A stretch of 64,000 nt of DNA from Octopus sinensis (GCF_006345805.1 NC_042997.1:42160001-42224000), one strand, 5' to 3'; positions 1-11,897 are shown, counted from the stretch's first letter. Numbers and translations are program-made. The notes: generated from the sequence alone by a model not told the origin.

Positions 1-90
1 GATGGTACAGTATATAGGAGCTGAAACATTAGTCCACTGACAAGTAACTGGGTTATATCATTCTGTTGACAACAGGCTCGAGGGTAAGTG

Positions 91-470
91 GATGGAAGCA
101 CTCCGTCGGTTACGACGATGAGGGTTCCGGTTGATCCGAATCAACGGAACAGCCTGCTCGTGAAATTAACGTGTAAGTGGCTGAGCATTCCCAGACACGT
201 GTACCCTTAACGTAGTTCTCGGGGATATTCAGCGTGACACAGAGAGTGACAAGGCCAGCCCTTGAAATACAGGTACAACAGAAACAGGAAGTAAGAGTGA
301 GAGAAGTTGTGGAAAGAGTACAAGCAGGGATCACACCATCCCCTGCCGGAGCCTCGTGAGCTTTAGGTGTTTTCGCTCAATAAACACTCACAACGGCCGG
401 TCTGGGAATCGAAACCGCGATCCTATGACCGCGAGTCCGCTGCCCTAACCACTGGGCCATTGCGCCTCCA
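91..470 (-). mobile_element. tRNA-derived SINE, family A, full length
   Basis: Minus-strand head GTGGAGGCGCAATGGCCCAGTGG (A box) ... GGTTTCGATTCCC (B box); 14-bp TSD CTCGAGGGTAAGTG at 77-90 and 471-484; eight more near-identical copies in the window. Confidence 0.92.
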
Positions 471-1029
471 CTCGAGGGTAAGTGCCTCAGTCGGCATTCT
501 GCATACTAAAATCGCAATATTGTTTCTTACGGGAATAAGAGCAATAAAGTGGCAAAAGCAATAAAGTGCTAGGTTGGATACGCAACAATGATTTTAATTT
601 CATTTTTTTCCGGTCAGAGTTCACATCCTTCCGCTGCAAATTTTGTCTTTCAATCAGATGCACTGTAAGCGCACAATGAAAATAAGGGGTCGCAAGAGAC
701 TATTGAGGAGTCGAAAACATAACAAGAATTCGGATCAACAGGTTCTTACCTTTATTATGTATGCTCTTGCAATGAGGAATGATTTCTTTCAGTACCACTA
801 AGCTTCAAAGTTAACAGTGCGATGTTTAGTTGACTGAATCTATAAATTAGTACAACAGATAGTATATAGTGCATCTGAGCGAAAGACAAAATTATATATA
901 AAAAAGAAAAAAAGGACATGAATCTTTACCGGCTAAATCTGTCGGTTTTATGTCTAGATGTATATTAAAGAGAGTGATGGGTGCCGTAAACACGAGGTAA
1001 ACTGTTAATGAACCTAGTTTCCGCCTTAA

Positions 1030-1640
1030 TCCTACGAACATCCAAGACATGACGTGGCATTCCATCCAAAGAAATGTTTTTGGAATTGACAGCCGTCACT
1101 ATTCCTCTGGTCCACTGAGTTGTACAGCATGCCTTTGGTGGCTTGACCTAAATTTCATATCCCATCTCGACAAAGTCGGGCCTTCTCTCTTCCTCAGGGC
1201 ATCTCGATAGTTTACTCGGATGCCGCCATTCATATTCGAATATCGCTCTATGTGGCACGAACTCTTCGGTCTGTCCTGATCGGGGTGATATGTTGTACCA
1301 GAACACCGCTTCCTCGTGGCCATTTCCCTGGCTACAATTTCGGGCGATATGCCCAGTCTGTTTGCACTGGTAGCAAACCGTTCTGGGCTCCATGCAGTCC
1401 CTCGCCGTGTGCGGTCCTTGGCACTTAAAACACCGGTCTGTGAACGGCCGCTGTCGTTCCACAGCAGGCCTCTTTTCGTCCTTCACCGGCCGTCGCGCAG
1501 CGTCGCGGGCTTCTGCAGCCGCCATCACCACTGCCTTCCGCCCAGTGTTTTGTGTTAACACGCTGACTTGAACGATGAGCTCGCTCATCGCCATTTTGTT
1601 GCCACCTGGCAACTGTTGTAATCGCATATCGACTCCAGTA
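1030..1640 (-). pseudogene. Ty3/gypsy LTR retrotransposon remnant: gag zinc knuckles joined to integrase C-terminus
   Basis: ORF 1148-1666 has CFKCQGPHTARDC and CYQCKQTGHIARNC knuckles, then PHRAIFEYEWRHP. Past the stop the same frame reads VKPPKACCTTQWTRGIVTAVNSKNISLDGMPRHVLDVRRI, which I recognise as a gypsy integrase tail. No LTRs found. Confidence 0.75.
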
Positions 1641-1731
1641 TTTGACTGGTTCTTTATTTCACCCACTCCAAAAAGATAAAACCAAAGTCGACCTCGTCTG
1701 TAGTTATGATAAAAAAATAATGACGTTCAAT

Positions 1732-1937
1732 TTCAGATCTGGAATTCAACAGTGCGGTGGAATTCTTAGACCTGAAGAGGATCAATGATCTTTCAGCTAC
1801 GCATAGCTTATATTTTCTTGATCCATTGACACACGGTGTAGACTTTTTCAAAAACAAATTGTAAGCTATGCATAGCTGAAAGATCGCAGATCCTTTTCAG
1901 ATCTAAGAACACCGCACTACTGAATTCCAGATCTGAA
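1732..1937. repeat. Foldback / MITE-like inverted repeat (~80-bp arms)
   Basis: TTCAGATCTGGAATTCAACAGTGCGGTG...GCATAGCTTA at 1732-1810 is the imperfect reverse complement of 1859-1937; no TSD seen. Confidence 0.8.
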
Positions 1938-2759
1938 CTTTTTAGCGGATGTAAACATATGGAAAGTTCCTGATGGCGAATTGGAAAGTACCACCCTCTC
2001 CGGATTGAGCAGCTGTACCACAGGCTCTAGGCTTATAGTCATTCAGCCTGGTGGATTTACGGCCAAAGGGTACATAACTCTAATTCTTCTCTTTGGTATT
2101 TTCAACTTTCTACCTTCTACATCTACTTTCTTCTCTCCTTTTCTCGATCTAACGAAAAACTGAATTATGGAATGCTCCCATTGACGACAATTGGGCGACT
2201 GCTACCCTATGTGATACCCGATTATAACCAGGTTTCTTAAACTTTTGAGAATTAAATTTTCATATCAAAGTCACAGTGCTGTGGGTAGTTATGAACTCTT
2301 GACTTTTCATCGTCTTATATAACTTGGCCAGCTGCTACTCTCTTTACATTAAAGGAAATAGAATCACATATCAGATGCTTGTATTTTCTGTTTCAGTATT
2401 GCTCCAAATCAGTATTATCTGTCAGCAGACGATTAAAGATATCGGTTCTAGAATTCGAGAAATAGAAAATATGACATCTACACCCTTCCAATAATTACCA
2501 TGATGAAATCCATACAACATGGAATCGAAAGTAGGTCGTACTCTTGAATAACAGGAAATTTGCACGGACGTCAATCTATCTATTTAGAAGTCAGCAGGAA
2601 GTGAAGCCCTTGTGGTCACACGCCATGCGAAATGACGGCAGCCAAATTGATTTCGAATTATGTCAAGGACATAAGAAAATGGGCGTGGCTTTGTGGGTAA
2701 GAAACTTGCTTCCGAGACTATGTGATCTTGGATTCAGTCACCTTGCGCAAAAGTTATCT

Positions 2760-3090
2760 ATAGCCCCGGGCCGAACAAAGTAGATTTGGTTGGCGGAAAC
2801 TGAAAGAAACTCACCGTATGTGTATATACAGTGTGTATGTGTGTATGTGTGTATGCGTATGTATGTTGTGTTGTGTTGTATTGTGCTTGTGTCACCCACC
2901 TGCGCTTGACATCCTGTGTTGTTTTGTCTACATCCACATAACACAGCGGTTCAGGAAAAGAAGAGACTGACAAAATATATACCTGAGTAAAATAGTAAAT
3001 GTTGGGGTTGATTTGTTCGCTAAACTCCATGAAGGCGGTGCTCCAACATGGCCGCTGTTCAATGACTGAAGCAAGTAAAAAATTAAGATA
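2760..3090 (+). mobile_element. Degenerate SINE family B fragment
   Basis: GCGGAAACTGAAAGAAAC core and GGCGGTGCTCCAACATGGCCGC...TGACTGAAGCAAGTAAAA tail; tail-to-tail with the next copy. Confidence 0.65.
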
Positions 3091-3093
3091 AAA

Positions 3094-3346
3094 CTCTTTT
3101 ACTCTTTTACTTGTTTCAGTCATTTGACTGTGGCCATGCTGGAGCACCGCCTTTAGTCGATTGAGCAAATCGACCCCAGGACTTATTCTTTGTAAGCCTA
3201 GTACTTAATCTATCGGTCTCTTTTGCCGAACTGCAAAGTTACGGGGACGTAAACACACCAGCATCGGTTGTCAAGCGATGTTGGGCGGGGGGGGTCAAAC
3301 ACAGATACACAAACATATACACACACATACATATATATATATATAT
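3094..3346 (-). mobile_element. SINE family B, 3' half (split by LINE insertion)
   Basis: Matches the 3' half of intact B copies (e.g. 23393-23776) up to the internal (CA)/(TA) microsatellite. Confidence 0.85.
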
Positions 3347-3765
3347 GAATCCACCGGTGATACAGGCATAAACCGCCTAAAAGATGACATAAATTTTGTT
3401 TCCGTTTTAGTTGGAGAATTGTTCTCTGTCAACGAAAATGTCAGTATCCATAAGGTCGCTCGGCTAGGAAGATTCCAAGCGAACTCAACCTCAGACACTA
3501 GACCACGCCCAATAAGAGTAATCTTTTCTTCCGATCAGGAGGCTTCAACCTTCTGAACAGAGCTCAGAAGCATGCCTGGGAGGACCCCAATATGGGTTTT
3601 CGCGAGGAATACTCACTGAGAGAGAGAATTCGCCGGAGAAACCTAATATCCGAACTGAAGATGAGAGAACAGATGGGAGAGAAGGGTTTACGCATCCAAG
3701 ATGGACAAATAATCAAGTCCTACCTCTGGTCGCATGCTGTAGTGCTGACAGGGAAAGTGAATTGA
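3347..3765 (+). pseudogene. LINE ORF1 C-terminal remnant (one frameshift near 3552)
   Basis: TRPRPIRVIFSSDQEA, then in a shifted frame LNRAQKHAWEDPNMGFREEYSLRERIRRRNLISELKMREQMGEKGLRIQDGQIIK...TGA at 3763-3765; typical CR1-type ORF1 tail. Confidence 0.75.
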
Positions 3766-4604
3766 GAGCGAATCGAAGTAAAGTAGACACCCCCGACAAC
3801 GATGCTTTCTCTGATACCCCTTATTCTGCTTGTTCCCCAATTCCCGCCCCTCAAACTTCACAGCTCAGCATCGTCTACACCAACTCGTGCTCCTTATTTC
3901 CAAAGTTCAGCGAATTATTTACACTGGCCATGCGTGATTTCCCAGATGTGATAGCTATCACCGAGACTTGGCTGACTCTAGCAGTAAAGGACTCGGAAAT
4001 CCACCTACAGGGCTACGCCCTCTTCAGATGTGACAGAGAAAAAAGGCGAGGTGGAGGTGTTGCTGTGTATGTTAAATCTGATCTCAAACCGTCCAGCGGT
4101 ATTCTACCCACTAATGCTCAACCTACAACAAAATTCGAAGCCGTCTATTGCAAGCTGAGCCTATCCGGGTTTTGCCTGCCCGTGTTAGCTGTCTACAGGC
4201 CGCCTCTTGCCGACCCCCAGGACGATGCTCATTTACTCGAAGCGATAAGATTCGTTTCAGCTTCTCATGACTGTTTGATATTAGGAGACTTCAACGCTCC
4301 CACGATCGACTGGCCCGCATCAATTTGTACATCATCTTCCCGGTTCGGCCACGCCCTTCTTGACGTGGCTGAAGATTGTTTTCTATCGCAACATGTTGAA
4401 TATCCGACAAGGCATCGGTCTGGGCAGCAGCCATCTATGCTGGATCTGGTATTCTCCCGCTATCCAAGATCAGTGTCAGGCTTATCTGTGTGCGCCCCTC
4501 TTGCCAAGAGTGATCACGCGGTCCTGAAGTTCGACATGCACACAACTTTTTCTACGCCCACGACTACTTCGCTGCCACGTAGTCTTCTCTGCAATCAATC
4601 TTGA
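3762..4604 (+). pseudogene. LINE ORF2 apurinic-like endonuclease domain
   Basis: IVYTNSCSL, DVIAITETWL, RGGGVAVYV, VYRPP, LILGDFNAP, SMLDLVF, SDHAVL motifs; frameshifted from the RT part near 4590-4650. Confidence 0.92.
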
Positions 4605-4647
4605 AATTCTAACCGAGGCTTCCGCGCTTCTGGACTGGCGATCCCTG

Positions 4648-6651
4648 ATGACGATGTCCTCAGTTGACGAACTATGGTCGTCCCTCAAAGCATATGTAAT
4701 CTGGTTGACTGACCAAGCAGTTCCCGTTGGGTTTCCCAAGAAGAAGAAACACAAGCCCTGGGTGACGAAGAAGGTTAAACGAGAACTTCGACTCAGAGAT
4801 ATTGCTTGGGCTGAATTCAAAAATCTAGATTCGACTGCGGCTTTTGAGGTGTACAAAACTCAACGAGACCGAGCCGTGAAAATTGAAAAGGAAGAACGCT
4901 TCAGATATGAATACAAAATCGCGGCAAACGCCAGTCGCAATCCAAAAACCTTCTTTGCCCATGTCCAACGGAATTCCCGCTTGAACAGCCAAATTGCACC
5001 GTTGGTAGACTCAACAGGCGTATCGATTGAGGACCCTTATCAGCAGAGTCAGTTATTTGCCAAGGCTTTTTCAACAATTTTCAAACAAAATGATGGTCGT
5101 GAACCCCCTCCATTTGATAGATCGGTACCTCCATTGCCTAGATTGGTCATCACTCGGGACGAAGTCGAACGCATTATTCAAGGCCCCGATGTCAACAAGG
5201 GTCACGGCCCTGATGGTATACACCCACAGGTTATCAAAGCGTTAGCTCCGGTCATCAGCGACCCTTTAACACTTCTATTCAATATGTCATTGACGATGGG
5301 TGTTATACCTGCGGACTGGAGAACAGCGAAAATCTGCCCAATTTTCAAGAAAGGGAGCCGCGAAGACCCGCTTAACTACCGACCGGTTTCCCTTACTTCA
5401 ATAATCAGCAAGATGTTCAAAACCATCCTTAAGAAAAGTATGATGCTCCACCTCCAAAACACTGTCTCTATCTCTGATTCCCAACACGGCTTCGTGCCGA
5501 AGAGATCATGCTTGACCAACTTACTGGTAATGGAAGAATTGGTGACGCGCATCCTCGATGATAGTGATGCTGTTGACATCGTTTTATTGGACTTTGCCAA
5601 AGCTTTTGACTCGGTTAACCACCGCCTATTACTTGTCAAGCTTCAAGCATATAGTTTCCATCCGGATATTGTACGATGGGTTGGTGCCTTCCTCTCAGAT
5701 CGCTCCTTCCAAGTCCAAGTTAATGGTTCGCTGTCCGACGTCTCCAGTGCGAGCAGTGGCGTGCCTCAAGGTTCAGTGCTTGGGCCCTTATTGTTTTTAG
5801 TCTTCATAAATGACTTCTTGCCGTACGACCTCACGCAACACACCCTTCTATTTGCCGATGATGTCAAACTGGTCGCTCTTCGCGGTGATATAGATGATCT
5901 TCGTCGATGCCTCCACCAAATTTGGAGATGGTCTAACGAATGGGACCTGTGTCTGAACGTGTCAAAGTGCTGTCATCTGCCTGTTGGCTCTTCTCCTGCA
6001 ACTCAACTTGATTTCGAGCCGGGTCGTCTGCTCCTGGAGAGGACCGACCAGGTAAAGGACCTGGGTATCTTGGTGGATTCTTCCTTTTCGCCTTCGGCCC
6101 AGTACGTCCATGCTGCCAATAAAGCACGCGGAGTTCTGTTTTTGATTCGACGATCATTCGGAATGCTTACAGCGGCCATATTCCTACCGCTCTATGTCAC
6201 GCTGGTGAGACCCATATTGGAGTACGGGATTCAAGCCTCTTCTCCTTATCTCCTCAAAGACATACATCATCTCGAAAGAGTCCAGAAGCTGGCTACCCGC
6301 ATGGTTCTTGGTCCCAAGCGTTTGTCTTATGAAGAAAGGCTGAAGACGCTCGACCTTTATTCTCTAGAAAAACGACGACGCCGTGGTGATCTCATTCTTG
6401 CTCACAACATCATAAGCGGAAAGTGTAACCTCTCGAAAGAGCTGTTCTTCACTCCTGCTCCAGAGCGTCGGCTGCAGGGTCACTCCGAAAAGCTCTATCT
6501 GCGACGATTTCATCTCAATCGAAGGAGAGGGGCTTTCTCCGTCCGGGTTGCGGATCCGTGGAATAAGCTGCCGGACGAGATGGTGAAGATGCCGACGACC
6601 ACTTTGTTCAAAGACACTTTTGACCAGAAATGGCCTGAACTCTTTGCATGA
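4648..6651 (+). CDS. LINE ORF2 reverse transcriptase portion (667 aa open)
   Basis: GPDGIHP, YRPVSLTS, QHGFVPKRSCLTNLL, LDFAKAFDSV, GVPQGSVLGPLLF, FADDVKL, KDLGI, LSYEERL...RRRGDLI motifs. Confidence 0.93.
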   Translation: MTMSSVDELWSSLKAYVIWLTDQAVPVGFPKKKKHKPWVTKKVKRELRLRDIAWAEFKNLDSTAAFEVYKTQRDRAVKIEKEERFRYEYKIAANASRNPKTFFAHVQRNSRLNSQIAPLVDSTGVSIEDPYQQSQLFAKAFSTIFKQNDGREPPPFDRSVPPLPRLVITRDEVERIIQGPDVNKGHGPDGIHPQVIKALAPVISDPLTLLFNMSLTMGVIPADWRTAKICPIFKKGSREDPLNYRPVSLTSIISKMFKTILKKSMMLHLQNTVSISDSQHGFVPKRSCLTNLLVMEELVTRILDDSDAVDIVLLDFAKAFDSVNHRLLLVKLQAYSFHPDIVRWVGAFLSDRSFQVQVNGSLSDVSSASSGVPQGSVLGPLLFLVFINDFLPYDLTQHTLLFADDVKLVALRGDIDDLRRCLHQIWRWSNEWDLCLNVSKCCHLPVGSSPATQLDFEPGRLLLERTDQVKDLGILVDSSFSPSAQYVHAANKARGVLFLIRRSFGMLTAAIFLPLYVTLVRPILEYGIQASSPYLLKDIHHLERVQKLATRMVLGPKRLSYEERLKTLDLYSLEKRRRRGDLILAHNIISGKCNLSKELFFTPAPERRLQGHSEKLYLRRFHLNRRRGAFSVRVADPWNKLPDEMVKMPTTTLFKDTFDQKWPELFA

Positions 6652-6722
6652 ATACCACCCTGTACATAACTTCATGTCCCCCTACATGGCCTTGCTTTTT
6701 GAGCCAAAAAATTAACTTAACT

Positions 6723-6803
<81 letters not shown>

Positions 6804-6805
6804 TA

Positions 6806-6968
6806 CGACGGGCTTCTTTCAGTTTCCGTGTACCAAATCCACTCTCAAGGCTTTGGTCGGCCCGAGGCTATAGTAGGAGACACTTGCTTAAGGTGCTACG
6901 CAGTGGGACTGAACCCAGAACTATGTGGTTCGTAGCAAGCTACTTATCACACATCTACTCCTACGCCT
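6806..6968 (-). mobile_element. SINE family B, 5' half (tRNA head) beyond the LINE
   Basis: CGACGGGCTTCTTTCAGTTTCCG...GTGGGACTGAACC...CCTACGCCT continues where 3094-3346 stops. Confidence 0.85.
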
Positions 6969-7194
6969 ATAACGATGAAAATAGTTTGAAAAATATGACG
7001 GCTTAGTCATGGCTAGAAGGTCTTTCATCATAGGTCCGTTCAATCAGAGTTGATTGCGAGACTTGGGGATATTTCTATACAGATTAAACGTTGTTTTATC
7101 ATCCACTAGAAAAGGACTCGAACACTTTATTTCTGTTAAAGCATAAAAACTCTTAAATTTCATCCTAATCGTCATCGTCATTATCACCACCTAT

Positions 7195-7395
7195 TTCTTT
7201 ATTACCCACAAGGGGCTAAACACAGAGGGGACAAACAAGGACAGACATAGGTATAAAGTCGATTACATCGACCCCAGTGCGTAACTGGTACTTAATTTAT
7301 CGACCCCGAAAGGATGAAAGGCAAAGTCGACCTCGGTAGAATTTGAACTCACAACGTAACGGCAGACGAAATACCGCTAAGCATTTCGCCCGGCA
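7195..7395 (-). mobile_element. SINE family C with tail type 1 (ends ...GTGGGTAATAAAGAAA)
   Basis: Core GTCGACTTTGCCTTTCATCCTTTCGGGGTCGATAAATTAAGTACCAG on minus; B-box-like GAGTTCAAATTC. Confidence 0.8.
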
Positions 7396-7668
7396 CCACC
7401 ACCACTACCTCCATCATTGCTATCATAGTGGTGGTGATGATGCTCATCAGCAGTGTCATCATCATCATCATCATCGTTGTCATCGTGGTCATGGTCGTCG
7501 TCATCACCATCAACACCATCGTCTTTGTCATTGTTATCATCTTCGCCATCACCACCGCCGCTGCTGATACAACCACTACCACCACCACCATCATACACGT
7601 GACTCCAGGCGTATGTTTGTGCAGGCGTGCTTAGACGCATGCAGTCGCGCCATCGTATACATACGTGT

Positions 7669-7715
<47 letters not shown>

Positions 7716-7805
7716 TGCGATCACTTTTCTTTGTCACCTCATATATATGTCTGCTAGATTACCGTGGTGAAAATTACTTCAGCATCTGTTTATCATAAAC
7801 CAACG

Positions 7806-8185
7806 GTGGAGGCGCAATGGTCTAGTGGTTAGGGCAGAGGACTTGCGGTCGTAGGATCGCGGTTTCGATTTCCAGACTGGGCATTGTGAGTGTTTATTGA
7901 GCGAAAACACCTAAAGTTCCACGAGGCTCCGGCAGGGGATGGTGGTGATCCCTGCTGTACTCTTTCACCACAACTTTCTCTCTCTTACTTCCTGTTTCTG
8001 TTGTACCTGTATTTCAAAGGGCCGGCCTTGTCACTCTCTGTGTCACGCTGAATATCCCCGAGAACTACGTTAAGGGTGCACGTGTCTGTGGAGTGCTCAG
8101 CCACTTACACGTTAATTTCACGAGCAGGCTGTTCCGTTGATCGGATCAACCGGAACCCTCGTCGTCGTAACCGACGGAGTGCTTC
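7806..8185 (+). mobile_element. SINE family A
   Basis: Full head-to-tail match to 91-470; no TSD seen. Confidence 0.9.
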
Positions 8186-8649
8186 GGTCATATATGAATC
8201 ACTGTAAATATAGTGCAATCATATACTGCGGCAGTCCACAACCCTTGCACTACGAACCGGTTTCACGCAAGAGAGTCTTTATCCACGGACAGGGGGATCA
8301 CGAGTATAATTATCACATATACAATACAAATATATTACATATGTAATACGTGTATAATGCAAAAACAACCTGCAATAAAATAGAAATGAATTTTAAAATT
8401 TAATCCGTTTTTGCTACCCTGTACCAATTGATCCACGACCCGGTACTTCTCGGTGACCCAGTCGATGAAGGCCCCTGATTTGCGAAATATAAAGTCGCAT
8501 ATTTTTCTTACCCACTTATTTATCAGTAGGTAACTGACACAAGATGTAATGTAGCCTTATGTTGGCATTTAAGTAAACCACACATGCTTTACATTTTGTC
8601 ATTTAGTAAACCCTTTATTGTTTTCGCTCGGTAACGATATATGTTGCTC

Positions 8650-8693
<44 letters not shown>

Positions 8694-9663
8694 ATTCCTT
8701 TTTATTTCACTTATGTATGTTAGCGTGGGCAGAGGTAACGAGCTCAGTGAACTGTTAGAGCATCGAAAAAATACGTTGCGATATTCCTTCCGTCTCAAAC
8801 GTACTGGGTTCAAATTACAGCGAGGTCAGCTTGCTTTTCATCCTTTTAGGGTCGATAAAATAAAGTACCATGGTTGATGATATCATGATATCCATTAGAC
8901 ACCTCTCCTCAAAACTATTGACCTCGTGCCTAAATGAAAAATAGTTATAGGCTAGTGCAGGCGGTATGGGTGCCATTTTCTCCCCTACATTCAATAATTA
9001 TATATTATGTAATTGCTGGTAGATATAGTAATGATATTTGATCTGGCAATCATTGAAAGCCCGTGTTAAGACTCCTTTCAGATTCGGAGGATTTGGCATG
9101 AAGGATAATCTGGATCTGGTTAAAGAAGTAGCCTGATCATTAAGCTACTTCATATTTTAGCTTTTCGCCTTCATTGAATTAGGAGTAGTCATTAATAGGC
9201 TGAGTCTCCGCAAGAGTAATTACATTCAATATACGACCAAAATACCTTACTTTCAAACTACACTAAATTCAGAAACGTCTACCTAAACTGAAATCCGCCG
9301 CACCTTCAAATGGTTCTAACGTTGCCATTTATATCAACGGGGAAACTGGTTTTAGTTACAGACCAAAGAATCATTAAATCCAGCGACTGACCGACTTTGA
9401 ACATCTAGAGCTTACATAATGCACACAGCATTTCCACTGGCTAAAAATTAACGGAAATGTTTGAGATATTTGACAGCCTTTGAGAGATTGATGTGACTAC
9501 AAATAGATACGATCATTTTCTTTTCTTTTCGACGATTCGGTTGACTGCTTGTCAGAAGTAGATAAGTCATAGGAGTGTCACACACACACACACACACTCA
9601 AGTGGAGTGTGTAAAGGTGGGTGTATTTATAGGTATATAAACATACACACACACACACATATG

Positions 9664-9710
<47 letters not shown>

Positions 9711-9793
9711 GCCCAGTAAGTTTTTCACAAGTCAGAAAAATCAGTAGGCGCTCGTATACTATCCAATAGTGTTTGTATAGTATTTATACAATA

Positions 9794-10670
9794 CTACCAG
9801 AGATACCCGGCGTTGCCCGGGATTAAAATGGTATAGTTTGTTTATCTATATTGTGTTAAAACAGGTGATATGGGAAAATGCAGCATTGACGACAAAACAT
9901 TTGTGGAGTAAATGATTGTCTAATTCGACTAATCGACATGTAATACGCCCATTTGGAGGATTCCATGCCCTAATCTGTCATAGAAAATTGGGGTTTGGGG
10001 GTATGTGACTTTTAAACCCACCGAAAAGCTGGTAGTGGATATACTGGCCTTTGAGGCGGTCAGTGCTGCGTCTAACGCGACTTATCGTGTGGTTGAATGG
10101 AGATATTGTACGTTAATTCTGGAAACGGCTGCAATGGGAGACGGTAACGGAGAAGTGATCTGTTGAAAGACGTTGAGGAGGAGCTGGTAATACTGGGAAT
10201 CTTACCTTACCGCCTGGGCAACACATGCCATTAGTTTCATTTGGAAATTTGAAAGCTTTCTCGAAATGACAATTTGAGTATTGCACACCAATTTGTACAG
10301 AATTATCATTTTTATAAGAATGGGATGGATCATATCTGAAAGCTGCTCCTACTGTTGTGAAGAAGAGATTTGCATGTGGTCTATTTCTGAGAGTTATTGT
10401 AGTGGACCTCTGTCTAATCTGGCGTGCTAAACGTTGCTCTAATCACTCAGCATTAAGTATTGCAGCATGCCTTAGCTGATCTTGGGAATGTCTCATCTTC
10501 TTTCTCTGTTGATACATTCGCCTTCGGTTTTCTGAGATCGTCCTCGCTTTATTTCGGAGAGATTACGTCTTTTCTTTGGTGGCATATTTTTTCAATATTG
10601 TAAATAAAAAAGTATGAACATAGAAAAAATATACATTAATCTCTATTTTTGTAAGCAGTTGTACGTATAT
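9794..10670 (-). mobile_element. Internally deleted Helitron with RepHel N-terminal remnant
   Basis: 3' hairpin CCCGGGCAACGCCGGG followed by a mutated CTAG near 9794. 10585->10172 translates MPPKKRR...AAFRYDPSHSYKNDNSVQIG...CHFEKAFKFPNETNGMCCPGGKVRFPVLPAPP, the Cys-rich N-terminus of Helitron RepHel. 5' boundary approximate. Confidence 0.75.
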
Positions 10671-10708
10671 AGTGTGTCCGTATTTTTGTATGCAGTATAA
10701 ATTAAAGA

Positions 10709-11095
10709 GTGGAGGCGCAATGGCCCAGTGGTTAGGGCAGCGGACTCGCGGTCATAGGATCGCAGTTTCGATTCCCAGACCGGGCGTTGTGAGTGTTTAT
10801 TGAGCGAAAACACCTAAAGCTCCACGAGGCTCCGGCAGGGGGTGGTGGTGATCCCTGCTGTACTCTTTCACCACAACTTTCTCTCACTCTTACTTCCTGT
10901 TTCTGTTGTACCTGTATTTCAAAGGGCCGGCCTTGTCACTCTCTGTGTCACGCTGAATATCCCCGAGAACTACGTTAAGAGTACACGTGTCTGTGGAGTG
11001 CTCAGCCACTTACACGTTAATTTCACGAGCAGGCTGTTCCGTTGATTCGGATCAACCGGAACCCTCGTCGTCGTAACCGACGGAGTGCTTCCACC
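10709..11095 (+). mobile_element. SINE family A
   Basis: Full-length; TSD ATAAATTAA at 10697-10705 and 11096-11104. Confidence 0.9.
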
Positions 11096-11610
11096 ATAAA
11101 TTAAGGGGCAAACGTAGAGGGGACAATGCAAGGACATGTGGGGACATAACAAATTGGAAAAAAGAAAAAACGAAAGAAGAAATAAAACCAAAAACGTATG
11201 TTATAAATGGATGATACATGAAACTGAGGAATGGAATGAAGTTCTCTCATTCCACCTTTGAGTCACTTCATTTATACCTTTGTTCGATCTTTATATTTCG
11301 TGCCTGCCAGGACATCGAACTTGTACTCTTTCAATAGCTGTACGTACTCCAAATGCCATGGTAATTTTCCAATATTCAGGTCAATCTCCCACATTTTAAA
11401 ATCGCTTCTAACCGTTTTGATTCTTTCTTTTTGTTCCTTATTTAATAACAGGCAGCAATGCCACCCTTGCACCTTATCAAATTTATTCATGTCCCCTGAT
11501 CGTATCTTCTTCCACGTTTTCATCTCCTCGCACAATTTCTTCTTCGTATTATTGCGTAGTTGTTCTTTTTCTTTTTTCGGGGAGGTGGGAAGGTTGAAGG
11601 GCACACATAA

Positions 11611-11897
11611 GATGGATATAATGTTTTTCTTTGAGTTTTATTGAAGTCCTACTCAAGAGAGATGAAGCCGTAGCTAACAAAATGACAAGACTGAGAGACT
11701 TCACAGTGCTTGTAAATATATGGTTGAGTTGGTGTGTTGGGGTTGAGATGTCTAAAGAATCTCAGATGGAGAATCTTTGGAACGTCTTACAGATTTTCAC
11801 TGTGCCACTAATCTCAGTCTTGTCGTTTTGTTAGCTACGGCTTCATCTCTCTTAAGTAGGACTTCAATAAAACTCAAAGAAAAACATTATATCCATC
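11611..11897. repeat. Foldback / MITE-like element (~90-bp arms)
   Basis: GATGGATATAATGTTTTTCTTTGAGTTTTATTGAAGTCCTACT...ACAAGACTGAGA at 11611-11697 is the reverse complement of ~11810-11897. Confidence 0.85.

Larger units (their letters stand above)
3347..6723 (+). mobile_element. CR1-clade LINE, 5'-truncated, nearly intact
   Basis: ORF1 C-terminus, APE and RT in order; short 3' UTR ending AAAAAATTAACTTAACTT; (TA)n on both sides. Confidence 0.92.

Noticed and set aside
7806-7880. tRNA genes at SINE heads
   Set aside because: A and B boxes are present but there is no complete cloverleaf, and each continues into a SINE body
8255-8295. Minus-strand GAAACCGGT palindrome with a GACTC hairpin remnant resembling a Penelope hammerhead
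   Set aside because: CUGANGA core absent and stem II broken
10793-11045. Recurring small ORFs (MVVIPAVLFHHNF..., MFIERKHLKL..., MFSLNKHSQRP...) looking like a multicopy gene family
   Set aside because: They are incidental frames inside SINE-A; starts and stops vary and copies carry indels
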